Positions 1 through 13,173 of a stretch of DNA of 64,000 nucleotides are shown here, one piece after another (position 1 is the stretch's first letter; every line of letters starts with the position of its first letter). Source of the stretch: Oopsacas minuta (lineage: Eukaryota; Animalia; Porifera). The translations under genes were made by a program, and so were the position numbers. Under the pieces are notes generated by a model. It was not told where the DNA came from, did not search any database, and saw nothing but the letters and a program-made list of their open reading frames with translations. The stretch covers positions 62,001 through 126,000 of the forward strand of contig JAKMXF010000351.1 of NCBI GenBank assembly GCA_024704765.1, written 5' to 3'.

Positions 1-442
1 TTGAATTACATTGTGTATATTTAGTGGTAATTACGTAATGAAAGTGTATGGAAATCGAAAAACTCAAATGCCAGAGAAGATTACTTTAGGGACAAAATCC
101 TATGACAATAATACATTATATGCGGGTCAAAATCCTACGATAATAATATATTATATGCGGGTCCAAATCCTACGACAATAATATATTACATGCGGGTCAA
201 AATCCTACAACAATAATACATTATATGCGGGTCAAAATCCTACGACAATAATATATTATATGCAGGTCAGAATCCTACGACAATAATACATTATATGCGG
301 GTCAAAATTCTACGGCTGTAATTAGTGTAATACATTTTGATGCAGGTCAAAATCCTACACATATATTACATCGTAGGATTTTGACCCGCACCATGGATAT
401 GCTATTAGGATTTTGTACTGCTGGTCAAAATCCTACGCAACA
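1..442 (+). mobile_element. Terminus of a second Ginger-family element copy (cut off by the window start)
   Basis: 1-442 is a near-identical reverse complement of 13046-14087 apart from a shorter repeat array, and it ends in the same TIR (...AAAATCCTACGCAACA) followed by GCTC. Confidence 0.9.
90..318 (+). repeat. 35-bp subterminal tandem array (6 full units plus a partial one)
   Basis: Unit GCGGGTCAAAATCCTACGACAATAATATATTATAT with scattered substitutions; the same unit, inverted, forms 13174-13995. Confidence 0.92.
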
Positions 443-3207
443 GCTCTATCTAATAATGTTATTTTTGAAATTCCAAAAAGTTGAGAATGACATCAAAATT
501 CTGTCATAAGTGTCAATTTTATTACAAGTCTATAATTTCCTGAGCCAAGGCCAAAATCAGCCTGGGGTCTTCAAGTTTCTTCAATCAATCCCGAACATAC
601 AATAGATATATACTCGAATACACAGATACATGCCGATTAATCACGTTTTAATAGTTTAGATGTGTATACAGCATAGTTGTCAAGTCTCATGGATCTGAAG
701 TGAGTTTTCACAAATTGTAACCGAATGCCACTTTAACTTTTGCGTGAATCAATACTGCATAGGGAACTTAAAAAGTAGCAAACGAATAAGTTTTCAAATA
801 TATGGCCATGCAACTGAGACACCCTTATGTACATTGGTATTTTCGTAATCGATTGAAAGAACCCCTAGGGCAATATTTCCCAATAAAGGGGTATTTTCGG
901 CCTTTGCGTCAAGTTCGAGTCTTGTACGAAAATACACAGCAATGACGAAATTATGACGTAAGTGTCGTATTTTAGATTTTGGAAGAATCACAGTATTAAC
1001 CGCTGCTCAGATATTACGTATGATAGAAGATTGAAAATGGATCACAGGCACTATTCGATATGCGAAATACCCTTGAAGGCATGATTTTGAAAATTGCAAG
1101 CTCATCATGGAATCATTACGTCACCATGACTGAACCAAATATCGCAAATTGGTAAATTCCCAAAGTTTGATAATTTCGAATTATCAGAGTTTGGAAGCAC
1201 GCGAAAAGTGCCTGCTACTAAAAATACATGTTTGCAAGCAGAGCAGCTCAAGTATGCTCAGGGGACCGAAGTTTGAATGTATCATATGTTATTATAAGTA
1301 CAAACGGCAGAAGCAAGAATAGATTGGCCGTTTAAGGGAGGAGATTTCGGCCTAGAGATACTCCGTGTCTACTGCCTATGTGGGCCTAATATATACAAAG
1401 GTAAAATGAAAGACACGGTAGCTTCCATTTCTTCAGACTGTCTCATCAAATGTATAAATGTCTAAAAGTACTTAAGTAGAGAATCTCTAACTGAGTATCT
1501 TAACCTGTGGTTATATTCCCAAACATGACCACAGTATGCTTACAGAGATTTGTATATGGATTTTGGGTCAAGTTGAAGCTCAATGACCAATTTGACCAAA
1601 CGGGGCCAAATATGACCTAACATGGCAAATTTGACCAAACCTGTCGATCTGGGTGTAGTCATGGTAAAATGTTCTAAACAATGCTACCATATCTCGTGAG
1701 AGTTTGAGCACACCCTGATCTAGAAGAATATGAATACACTGACCAAAATTATTACTTAAACATCACTAAAAATACAATTGCTTAACCTGGCTATATAGAG
1801 ATTATGTAAATATACATACAATACCTAAGAGAACTATTTGACTAGGGTAGGTAATATTGTTCGTGCTAAATCTATGAATATTATCAAATTGGATATTTTC
1901 TAGAGAGATTCAGCTCCTTAAATGTATAATGAACTTATTAATTTTTCAATTGCTAATTGCACAAATTTCAAATTAGATGGAACAATTCTGATGGTAATTC
2001 GGACACATCGTTTGTCGGTTGGACATTTCTTGGGGGATAATTCGTCGCTGAACATTTCGCAAACAAAATGTTTTTATATAGTGTCGGCAGCAGGATTGGA
2101 TGTGGTTTGTGATCTTTTAAGTTGGGCCTTGAGTTGTTTGAACGGCATTTCATTTATATTAGTGAAACCCCTTTTGATGTTGTTTTGGTCCTATTGATAA
2201 GAGCCAAGGTGGTGACATAGGAGTTTGTTTTTCCCGTTCTCAGCGCTCTAAGAAGAAGCTTTCGGTTATCAACAACGGCACATAAACATTTAACACCCTA
2301 AATGGTGTTATAATGTTGACTGTAAAAGTGTAGAAATGTAGATGTTTCAACTGGTGTTTGAAAATTCTTTTGCATTGCTATGACTGTGTGTAATATATAT
2401 AAAGTCAGGAGGTTGCGCATCTTCCACATAGTAATAGCATTCAAAACAAAATTTCAAATAGCAGTTAAAACATCCACATACACTAACTGAACACTTTACT
2501 TGAACAAGGCAGAATACTTTAATTTTACTTGTTATACAGCGAATATTAGAATTCGATAATACACATAAAAGAACTATTAGAGTATGTTCCTTAACATTGG
2601 CCTGACTAAATTTATGAAGAATTTTCCAATTAGATATTTTCTAGACAGACTTTGCTCAGTGAATAGATAATAACAAAATTAATTTTCCAATTCTAAATTG
2701 CTACAAAATTCAAATGAGATGGAACAATTTTGGCCAAAAATCTGGAACGAAAGTGTCCCAATTAATGAAGTTAAATTGATTTCTATTTACTTCTTTGATA
2801 AACACGATAAATACATAGTAATGCGACAATTTATGCCCTACATCCTTTCCTTGACAATGGGCAAACAAAATACAGACCAACTAACAATAATTGAGATGTA
2901 ATAGTATAGATATATGGACGTTCTCAAATCCAGTTGTATTTTCGAAAATTATAAAATACTTTATATTTTACATGGCCACGAAAAAGAATATGAGGCTCGG
3001 CACATATTCAGGGAATACTGTCTTTATGTACAGATTAAGTATTCATTTACACCAATTCATCCGAATGGTGCATGCTTTTCATTGAAACTCTCCTTGCATA
3101 ATTGTAACACAATTTTACAGTAGAGTTATGTCCACCGTATTCCTTCCAGACACCTGAAAAACTTAAAATGTATATTTAGAGTTAAATCTTGTTCAATAAA
3201 CCTTCTC

Positions 3208-4227
3208 ATGACTAATACTCCATTGGGGAATACCATTACTATTAAATACACTGGGTTTGGAATTGTCATTCCTAATTTCAAAGATTTGGAATTTTTGTAT
3301 TTGTCAGGTTGTTTTGGAAAAGGAACTTTCTCCCGATGCAGGCCATCTTATGCAGAATCGCCAGTGCATACACACTCTGCTAATTCTAATTCTCGGCAAT
3401 TTCTTGGCCTTCTAAGATTGAAGTCTGATTCTTGGTTCAACAGAATTGAACAACGGAAAGTAATCAAATCGGATATTTTGAAAGTAAATTTGACAACTAA
3501 GGATATTTTAAATTCAGAATGTAGAGATTATAGCAATAGAATAGCCTGGAAATTGTATAGTTTGAGATATTCCAATATATGTAGAAAAGAAAGCAAATAT
3601 GTTTTAATCGACAGAGATCTATCAGCATTAAGTCACTCTCTTATCGATGATTCTTTTTCGCTCCTTATTGGTTATCTTGTGCGAAATTTCACTGAAGCAC
3701 ATCATATATATGAGTTAAATGAATTTCTCCACCTAACCAATGAAGAAGCATCTTACTTAGTTTGTGAGAAAAGTTATCATATTTTGGATATTGATCATTT
3801 GGATCCTATTGAAACATATTCCATATGGGAGGCATTCACTAAGGTAAATGCTAATTTTCTTTCCTATTTTGCTGCTTACGTCTTTTTTAGGGAAAATGGG
3901 TGGATACCAAAATGTGGTTCTAAGTTTGGGGTTGACTTTTTGCTATACAGAGGAGGACCTGATCTAGCACATTCAGAGTACGGAGTAATTTTGTTACTAT
4001 TTGATAATGAAAAGCATAATTGGCGAAGGTCCGCCCAATGTTTCCGTTGGGTAGATTTCACAAGAATTAATCGCTTGTTAGAATCTGTAGTGAAGAGAAC
4101 ATTGTTGTGCTATATCAGACAAATTCACAAACAGAGCCCCAATGTTAACAATGTATATAACGAAGTACGAAAATCCTTTGAATTTTCACTGTATGTTATA
4201 AAGCGGTGGAAACATTGTTCATACTAA
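3208..4227 (+). CDS. TSEN2: tRNA-splicing endonuclease catalytic subunit Sen2
   Basis: 339-aa ORF. N-terminal LYLSGCFGKGTFSRCRP is Sen2-typical; LHLTNEEASYL; catalytic domain AYVFFRENGWIPKCGSKFGVDFLLYRGGPDLAHSEY with Tyr and His, plus the Lys in SVVKRTL. Confidence 0.9.
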   Translation: MTNTPLGNTITIKYTGFGIVIPNFKDLEFLYLSGCFGKGTFSRCRPSYAESPVHTHSANSNSRQFLGLLRLKSDSWFNRIEQRKVIKSDILKVNLTTKDILNSECRDYSNRIAWKLYSLRYSNICRKESKYVLIDRDLSALSHSLIDDSFSLLIGYLVRNFTEAHHIYELNEFLHLTNEEASYLVCEKSYHILDIDHLDPIETYSIWEAFTKVNANFLSYFAAYVFFRENGWIPKCGSKFGVDFLLYRGGPDLAHSEYGVILLLFDNEKHNWRRSAQCFRWVDFTRINRLLESVVKRTLLCYIRQIHKQSPNVNNVYNEVRKSFEFSLYVIKRWKHCSY

Positions 4228-4334
4228 GCGAGTGAACCTTGGCTGAACTTCTTGATTGATTTATATTTCAATGATTGCATTTTCTGTTCGATTGATTAAA
4301 CAAGGAAACGTTAATTTTATATTGTACTTAACTA

Positions 4335-5257
4335 CAGCCGAACCTCTGAAATCCAGACCTCTAAGATCCTGGCATATTTTTCCACAAAATTTAGAGATTC
4401 ATTCGAATATTTTCAGCTAATTTTCCTTATAATAGAGTTATCTTTAGTTGGGCAGTAAAACCTGCATAAACCGACACCCGTATAATACAGAGGATCTCTA
4501 TAATCCGACAATGTTTCTGATCTCAAATAGCTAGTGAAATATTAATTCACCTCCATAATCCGATAATTTGTTCAACCGGCATAAGATTTTACAAGCAGCT
4601 GGAAAGACTTTGAAAACTATCTTCATATATATATATATATTGATTTATGTAATATAGTACAGTGCCAGGACCGTGCGAGCCTATTTTATCTGTCCCGGTC
4701 CCTAATTAGATTATCAGTGCCCCCCATAATCCACAGGACTTTTCTGTTAGATATATTTTGAGGAAGCGCTAGTCTAAAGATTATTGTTGCATTAATATGA
4801 TAAGTGTATGTTTTGTGTATTCTTTTTAAGATGATATTACATTATTCTTGTAACATTTTCATCATAAATCTGGTACTGGAAGCAAGTAGGGGTCCCAATT
4901 CCGGTATCGCGGTCCATTTCACCCGGGATCTATATCTTTCCCCGAAATTAACAAAATGATTTTGAAGTCAAATTTGTCATTTCGCCTAATACATAAACAT
5001 ATTTTTACATTAATTTACTAAGGTTTCTAATTATTAGTCGAATTGATTAGGTTAAGTGTAAAGAAAATAATCACTATTAGTATATCAAAAGATAACTTGA
5101 AACATTGATGGAATACACATAGAATGAGAGTGATATTGATCTTAAATTATCTCGGATGGATATTATGGAATTCTTCATAAGTTTTAAAGAATAACAATAT
5201 TTGTTACAATTTGTAGAATTCAAATTTGTGAAAATTCGGATTAACGGTGTTTGACTG
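4335..5257. mobile_element. pogo/Tigger-like non-autonomous element
   Basis: TA|CAGCCGAACCTCTG... and ...GGTGTTTGACTG|TA ends, with recurring TAATCCG(A) subterminal motifs and no ORF. Confidence 0.55.
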
Positions 5258-5417
5258 TATCTTCATTCTATTTAAATACATTCGACTCGCCTTAAGGACT
5301 GGCAATGTAGCGTAAATAAAGTTTCTTTTAGGAATGAGTAGTTTTTGTTTGCTTCTAGGTGTTGCCTTTCAATTTAATGAATATTTATTTATATATAGAG
5401 TTAATTTTACTATTACT

Positions 5418-5580
5418 GGGGGCGCTGCATTAGGTCGAATATAATATGTATGTATTAAGTCGAATTATAGTGTTGTCATTAGGTCGGATTTCGTGTGTTG
5501 GGATTAGGTCGAATTTGGATGTTGTGATAGATCGAATATATTTTAGCTATATTGTCGATAGATCGATATAGAAAATGGAT
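5418..5580 (+). mobile_element. Solo MULE-like terminus
   Basis: GGGGGCGCTGCATTAGGTCGAAT followed by repeated TAG(G/A)TCGA motifs closely resembles the left TIR of the MULE at 31427; no matching right end identified. Confidence 0.45.
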
Positions 5581-6739
5581 TTATAGAAACGAGGACGTGA
5601 TAGGACATTTTATTGTACTAATTAAAAACCCGTACCATTGGAAGGGGATTAGGGATTTCATCCACTACCTTATCAGTCTGGGAGTTTCGATTTGTACCCG
5701 TTATACAGCTACCTAGGGACGGAGATGTGGAGCCCATGCTAATTTTGTGTTTGGATGGACTTTTGTTGGATTAATTACTAGAAAAGTATGCAAAATGGCA
5801 GATCGCTGGATTATTTTATATAGTTGTGCAGGGTTTAGGAATTAAGGAAGCATTCACTGTTTCTCACAATATGAATTGGCCTTAAATTAGCGATATCCAC
5901 AGCTAAAACAATCGCTCTACCAACAACATACCTATAATAGAATTCGATTTATTATAAACAATGAAATTCGAGGAGTTATAACAGTTTGGATGGTGTCTTG
6001 AATCGAACTGATAAATAATGAATAATTCGAGACGTATATAAATATATTGTATAACGTGTGTATTATTAAATCCGAAATGATTAAGCTACTCGAAGTTGTC
6101 GGTCCGTATCATTCTCCAAACATCTTCATTAAAGTAATTACACAGTTTGGATTGCCTCTATACTCGAATCGATAGATAAGGAATACTTCGAGATGTATTT
6201 TAACCATTACTAGACGAAAATTGCCCTTCATGCACCGCTTCTGCTAGCTCCTGGGGAACGCTTTTTCAAGGTGTCTTCAGGCCCTTACAAAATTATCATT
6301 GACTGGTAGAAGTTAGCGCAAGCGTTTGCTCTATGCGACCTGCGAACACTTCGTGTCCGTTGATCTTCTGAAATTGTTTGTAATCATATTTATCTTCTGT
6401 TTACACCTTTAGATATTAAGACACCATATTTGGTATATATACTCGTAGTGAGATCTAGTCATCATCTGGTAATCACAAAATTATAAAAAGGATATCGTCA
6501 ACCGTGGGTAGGAGTAGTGATCGAAATAGTTTACCGCTGATTATTTTGCCCGGTTATTCTACCAACCGAAAAATGAAAAAAGATTCGATAACAGCTAAAC
6601 CACTAATACTTAAGAAATAATTTAGCTCAAACAACGTCCGGGACAACTATTCGATTCCTGTTGAATGCCGATAATCGGAAATATTCAGTTTGTCGATCAC
6701 TAGTGGGTAGATTTAAAAGTTAGTGATCATACCTTTCAA

Positions 6740-8620
6740 GAACTCGTATCACAGTAAAAAGAGGCTTTATACACGGTTTGAAAGTCTACGTCAGCACAAT
6801 AGTTCTGAACCCATCCAGAGTAGTTGTCACATTATACCCAATCGGATTGATTCTTTCCAAGTTTCCTCTTTGTAACAGGTTCTGGTTTTTTCTTGTGGCA
6901 TATACTATACAGGGTATCCGCTCGTTAGAGCTGCTGATGGAGCTAGAATATCGTCTGGAAAAGGAGAAACGCCACGCTCCTTCGCATTTCTCTTCACTCC
7001 AGTACCTCCTCTACCTGATATACCGATCCGTCCTCGAGCCCTGACACACTTATTCTTTGGGAATTCTTAGCCCCAAACTGATTCCTACTATAGGTTTTTC
7101 CGCTTTCTGCTTTCAACAGGGAACTTTCTCTTCGTTGCTTGAATAGTCTTGCTCTTCTTCTTCGTCTTTGATAATTCGACTTCTTCTGAGCTCATCGAGA
7201 ATAATCTGACCAGTATTCTAGTTTCAGAATTGTACAATAAGTCCGCCAAGAGGGAGACAGGCCAAGGTCAGTAAGGATTCCGAATAGTTAAAGTCAACTT
7301 CGTTAAAGGTTAGATCAGCTAAAGCAGTGCTAGAACTAAATAGATTGAGGTGATAAGTACTTACTTTTGTGACAGACTCTATATAGTGTTGTGAAAGGAT
7401 TCATTAGCATTTTGAGCCATTCATAAAGTCAGATGGCTACAGAATTCTTCTGTCTCATAAGTATTGAATGCTTCTTTCACTTTTTCTATGTTAATTGGTT
7501 TGAAGGTTGTCAGAGCCATAGGTGTTGAAGAACCTGATGGGTTTCTCCACCGACATCATGACTCCGGTAGGGCAGTCCGAATGATCCCCTGCCACATGAA
7601 CAACTAGTATATGTAGAGCAGAACACAGCTTGATTGATGCTAAACCACGGTGTTGATAGAAGACAGTAGAGTAATTTGCGGCGGGATAATCAGCTTTCCA
7701 TTCAGGTAATGTGTGTTGTACAAATTATAATTGTCGTACTTCTCTTCTTCTTCAGACGCTTGACTACATGTGTTTTTACATTCCTCTTTTCGAATCTTCA
7801 CAAGATTGTATGGATTTAGTTCTTCCACCTGCTGAAAACCTCTTAAATCTCCATATCTGACCAAAACCGGGTAAACCAGGTGATTCTTCTCTAAGGAATG
7901 TCCCCAAATCCTGTTGGCTATTTCTGACTCGATACCCTGAGGAGATCCAGTCTACTTTCGATTGCAATTAGATTTTGACGTTCTAACCACTTCTCGTACC
8001 CTGCTGATAGATCCTACCTTTTCTCCTTCGTCCACATAGAGCACTTCTCACAGAGACGGCTAGTGATTTTGTATCCCAGTACCTTCTTGGTGCCGGTAGA
8101 GATACAGCACCGAAACTTATGTTGGAATTGAATCCTCTGGTCCCAGGAGCTATCGAAGCTGAGGGTTATGTTAGTAGCGTTAGAATCAGGTGATACCTCA
8201 CAGTCTGAATTATGGCGTAGCTGTTTAGCGGGATCAGACATCTAGTCCCTACTGCAACTTTTGTGACAGCTTCCAGACGGTTCAGATATAGAGATGGCAT
8301 GCTCTGAACAGTTGGGGGCATATCAAAATATTGTAGAGAATTTGGGAAAATTATGTCACGAAATACCAGAGAGTGGACAGCCATAGTACTCTACTGGTAT
8401 GTATGAATTCATGAATCCATTTTCTTCGTAAAGGAGAGACTCCCAACACATTCGCTCCAATAAAACGTAGAGAATACCTCTGCTAGGATGCCGACATCAA
8501 GAATTCCCATGTCAGTTGGTCTGAGTATTTCAGTTTCTCATAAACCTGAAAGTAGTAATACAGGTTTGGAATACGAAATTTAGCAATGAAGCCTCTAGTG
8601 TGAGTACCTTTAGGCATTTG
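6740..8620 (-). pseudogene. Kolobok-like DDE transposase remnant with a decayed C-terminal PHD finger
   Basis: Fragments across stops and frameshifts: ITLSFDSSWDQR, TKKVLGYKITSRLCEKC, HVAGDHSDCP, QNANESFHN, and C-terminal ICHKKKPE...SDWV*CDNYSGWVQNYC...FYCD. Confidence 0.6.
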
Positions 8621-8689
8621 CGATTCTTTGCTTTAGGAGGTTTCAGGCAAAGCGGTATTTTCATGTCTTGCACATCTGTAAGAGATGGT

Positions 8690-9240
8690 GCACAAGTTGT
8701 ATACATATTTCCATAGCAACGACGCTTTCAAGGGCGTCCCATGCTTTTATCAACTGAAAACAATCTTGTTCTTGAGATTTTGTAGGAGACAGTCCAAGTT
8801 AGTTGAATGCTTGAGAAATCCCTGGATAAATTGGACTAACTGCTGTCTGAGATGTAGATTCAGATTGAGGGGCACATAAAAGCAAGGTGGTATCCAGAGG
8901 AGGTAGAGGAAGAGATGAAATATAGGAGATATCCTCTGAAACTGAAAATTGTGATGATTCTGAGAAATTACCCTGCTCTTTGAGGATGTGCTCTTCATAA
9001 CTCGAACTTGATTCATTTGACGTCATCTGAGACAATGTAAATTATCTAAATTGATATAGTTGAATAGGTGTAAGGTGTCTCAATAGTATGCGAGCTTCTA
9101 ACCGAACCATCATGACCCCCCAGCGCCTCATACCTACACGCTTCAGAAAGTTCAGATTGACACAAGAGCGGCAAGACTAGACACAAAGAATGAGGTGTTG
9201 GCGCCGAAACAAATCGAGCACATAATCCTGAAAGTCTTAT
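8690..9240 (-). repeat. 5' region of the Kolobok-like element, with diverged paralogues at 10085-10925 and 53270-53460
   Basis: Direct sequence similarity, e.g. GCTT(G)AGAAATCCCTGGA...TGGACTAAC at ~8810, ~10205 and ~53400, and CCTACACGCTTCAGAAA...GCAAGACTAGACAC at ~9133 and ~10830. The minus strand reads as Cys-rich and Ser-rich fragments. Confidence 0.6.
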
Positions 9241-9689
9241 CAAAAAGTACGATGAGCAACCAACGACCTCCACGCATGTAGAGTAGCTATAGGTAGTCCC
9301 TACTTCTGTATTGGTGTTTGGTAATTAGCAACCCTGCAGAGCGTTCGTCAATGCGGTAACAGCTACACCATATATAATAATATCAATTAGCAATCACTAT
9401 ATATACTTCCGAAAACACGAGAAATATTACTAGCGGGTGGATAAGAATGAGTCATTTTCGCAAATACGCCGATATTAGTAAATTGAAGAACATGTAAATA
9501 CACAAATCTACGGACCTTTGCCTCGCCGCTTCGCGATGAACTCGTCACATTGCGCCCCTAGTTATCCATTATTCTCTATATTGTGCGGCACCTTTGAGTA
9601 TTATAATACAGATATATTTTTAACAATGTAATTCACATATATGCTTTTATTGCTTATATGTTAATGAATTATTTTGTTAGATCAACTCC

Positions 9690-9970
9690 TTTGTAGCCGT
9701 TGAGTGCTAGCATCTACGTAAATTTTGAGATGTTGCTAAAAATTGCTTCCTGTGTATTCATAAAAACAACAGTGAATTTACATTTTAATAATCTATATCA
9801 TGAAATCTCAATTGTTGTTTGTTTGTCCATTGTCAATGAAAGCATTTACGGTATGCAGTAATAAAATTGTCGCATAACTTATATTTATCGCGTTTATCAA
9901 GGGAGTAAATAGAATCCGATAATCTTTACCAAATATATCCAACATGCTGAATCCGATTTTCAAGCTATCG
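9690..9970. mobile_element. Helitron-like non-autonomous fragments in opposite orientations
   Basis: 9790-9970 matches the reverse complement of 39870-40050 (TCTATA...TTGTTTGTTTGT start), while 9690-9780 matches 39745-39850 directly. Confidence 0.4.
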
Positions 9971-12900
9971 ATTAATCATAGGTAAATTAATATGTTGTTT
10001 TTATGACTATTACAGCAAACAAATGGTTGACATCTTAAAATTATGTAGATACCTGCTCGGGTGTTCCACATCAAAAGAGAATGTGTACAAGTTGTATATT
10101 GTATTTCCATAGAATAACGCTTTCGAGGGCGTCCCATTCATTTATCAACTCGAAGACGATCTTTTTCTTGAGATGTTGTAGAAGACAATCCAAGTGAGGT
10201 GAATGCTTGGGAAATCCCTGGAGAAGCTGGACTAACTGTTGTCAGAATTTTCTCTCTCTCTCTCTCTCTACCAAATACAAGTCATCTGTTTCTTTATTCA
10301 ATACAAACCTTAATGCGAGTTTTCAGAAATTATACTTATTTCATACCTGTAGAGTGCAAATATTTTTATCAGATCCCAGTATGGAGCTCATTTCCTCTTT
10401 ACATTGGCCTTAATCGTGTACACTTACAAAATATTTCCCCCCTCGTTGCATTTGCGAGCTCAGATAGTTAATGTACACTTGAATAATTTGGGAAGGAGAA
10501 AACATGTAATTATATAGATTGTACATGGAATCCCTCTACACTTGAATAAGAACTGTTGATTTACACCTCATAATGTACATACTTTAGGAGTTTAGGTTAC
10601 TGGACTCATAATCAGTCAGTGTCTCAACTAAAATTCAAGCATAAATCTACTAAATCCCTGTACGTCTGTACAGAGCAACAAATAGGCAAAATCAGGTACA
10701 GTTAGCCATTAGCAATACCAGTAACTTCCAGGTTTGTGAATCTAATTGTAAGACTCAATATTATTGTGAAATATAACGAGGGCCAGGATACAAACTTAAC
10801 CCAGGCCCGTTCTGGCTATCGACGGCCCTGCCTACACGCTTCAGAAAATCGGGTTGACGCAAGACCGGGCAAGACTAGACACTAAGAATAATGTGAAGTT
10901 GACACCAATGCAAATCCAGCACACTTTAACATATTATTTTTGATAATTTTCTCTTCTACAAATATGCCAAACTTAATTTCTGCCAAACAGAATAGATATT
11001 GAAATATACAAACACTCTGTTTATTAGTCAACCTTGTTAGGTATCCCAGGGCTATTTTTCTGAATCTGCACGCATGACCACCTTAATATACGGCTGAATT
11101 CATTCCAACTAGGCTTCAATACAATAAGGCCGACAGGAAGTGTTTTTTATTACATACCTCGAGAAATATATATGATAGAGCTTAGGTTGCATTGATGACA
11201 TATAGGTAAAGGATTAGTTGATCGTGTTAAACAACATCGCGATCCCGATCCCGATCTTAGCTGAAATTATGATCGTCGATCCCGATCTCGATCATTTTCC
11301 CAATCGTTTGTGTAATATTCAAGATATAAATTTTTGATAGTTGTTACATCATTTCTTATGCTAAAAGAAAAATAGGTATATTATTGTCAGGATCGCTCAT
11401 TACGAACTCCAAGGGTGCAAAATTTCGGTTTATAAAAAATATTTCATATCAAGCGATTTCAAGTGATTGCAAAGTCTGATATTGGGTACAGAGGGTTTGT
11501 TGAAATTACTTGAAAAATTAAAGGTTGTAGTATGCACGAATGCATCGTATCTAGACATATACATAGTAGTTTATATACTATTTCGCATTAAACTAACAAA
11601 GAATAATACGCTAATAATTGTATGAATTCATTTTCAGTAGTAGAACCATTTCGAAGTTAGTCTCATGAAGGGAATGCCTGTTATTTGCAAATATATCCCA
11701 CATATGGCTGAATAAACTTTCAACAGCAGCAGAAGATGGCAATGTAGTATTTTATCTTCGAAAAGCTTTCTCAATCAGAGGATAATTCTTTTAAATATTT
11801 CAATTATTTTTTTGTCTTGAGGATAGATATTCGCCGATAGCATCTGCATTTGGTTCATGGTGATAATTGACGGATGAGAAAGGTCCATCCTCAGAACTTT
11901 TTTCTGAATCATTGCTCGACTGCTTATTGTCAAACTCACCTTGAGCAAGTACTTTAATCTCTTCTTTTAGTATCGATACATCATTGTTGAGACCTCCTTC
12001 ATCTTCTATCCATGCAGTTTTAAATTGAGGAATTGTAAGTGAAGCCAAGATAATCCTCCTGTCAAAAAATTGATGGTTAAATCTTATATCAATTCTTTGA
12101 GCATTGATTCTCCGAGTGGTTCACAATATCTCAGATTTTCCATTACCGTTCGTAATTGATTCTTTAATACAGTTAAAGTGGGAAGTACTTTTGACCTTCT
12201 AGAATAGTGAGGGCTGTCGAAATCGGGGACATCACTATACAGTATTCTTCAATGAAGACTAAGTCAGCTTGATTGAATCGTTTCTTAATTCCTAGTGCGT
12301 CGATAATTCCAGATAGATTACCACCGTTTCTCTCGATCATAGTTCTCATCTAGTCCATAGCGTGAAACGTTGAGTTTCATCGAGTAGGAACGGGAGTAAC
12401 AAATAGGGAATCGATTGTCTCTCGTATAATATCAGTGGCTGAAGTGCTTCTAAACTGTTTGTACCGGATGACTTAACAAATAGAGAAGGAAGAACGTACT
12501 ACCTTTTTTAACTAGAGTTCTCATAACAGTTTTTCGTATCTTAGGTTACAACTAAATTATGCGTGTGTGCGGCACATCTAATTGTGGAGGAAGATGATAC
12601 ATATTATCTGAATTATCTCCTTCAAGTGTAATGTAATCGGTGATCTCAACAAATGACAAATTATCTTCAAATAATATCGTAATCGTTTTCTTCGATAGTT
12701 TCTCCACTTTCAGAACTAAATGATGTGAAAGTTTTAACAAAATTACTTCCGTTATCTCTACTAACGGAACTAGTTTTATTATGAATACAAAATTCAACCA
12801 AAATATCAACAATCTTTCCCGTAATGACGTTGTAAGTATGACTTCCAATAATTTGACGACATGCTAAAGCAACTGACTTTCTCTTCAATTGTGAATCGAT

Positions 12901-13173
12901 CCAGTGAGCAGTAACTCCGAGAAATGATTTTGTACCACGAGACCATCCATCCGCAGTTATTGAACTAAATTTTGTTTCGGAGAAGGATTCTTTTATGTTC
13001 CCCTCCATTATTTCAAAAGAAATATCCATATTGCTCCTTAAGGTCTGTTGCGTAGGATTTTGACCCGCAATACAAAATCCTAATAGCATATCCATGGTGC
13101 GGGTCAAAATCCTACGATGTAATATATGCGTAGGATTTTGACCCGCATCAAAATGTATTACACTAATTACAGC

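Noticed and set aside
794-3123. Short ORFs upstream of TSEN2
   Set aside because: No recognisable motifs; several overlap repeat fragments.
12667-13107. ORF as an independent 146-aa gene
   Set aside because: Its first ~20 codons come from the Ginger TIR. The rest is the interrupted hAT transposase, which continues beyond 19695.
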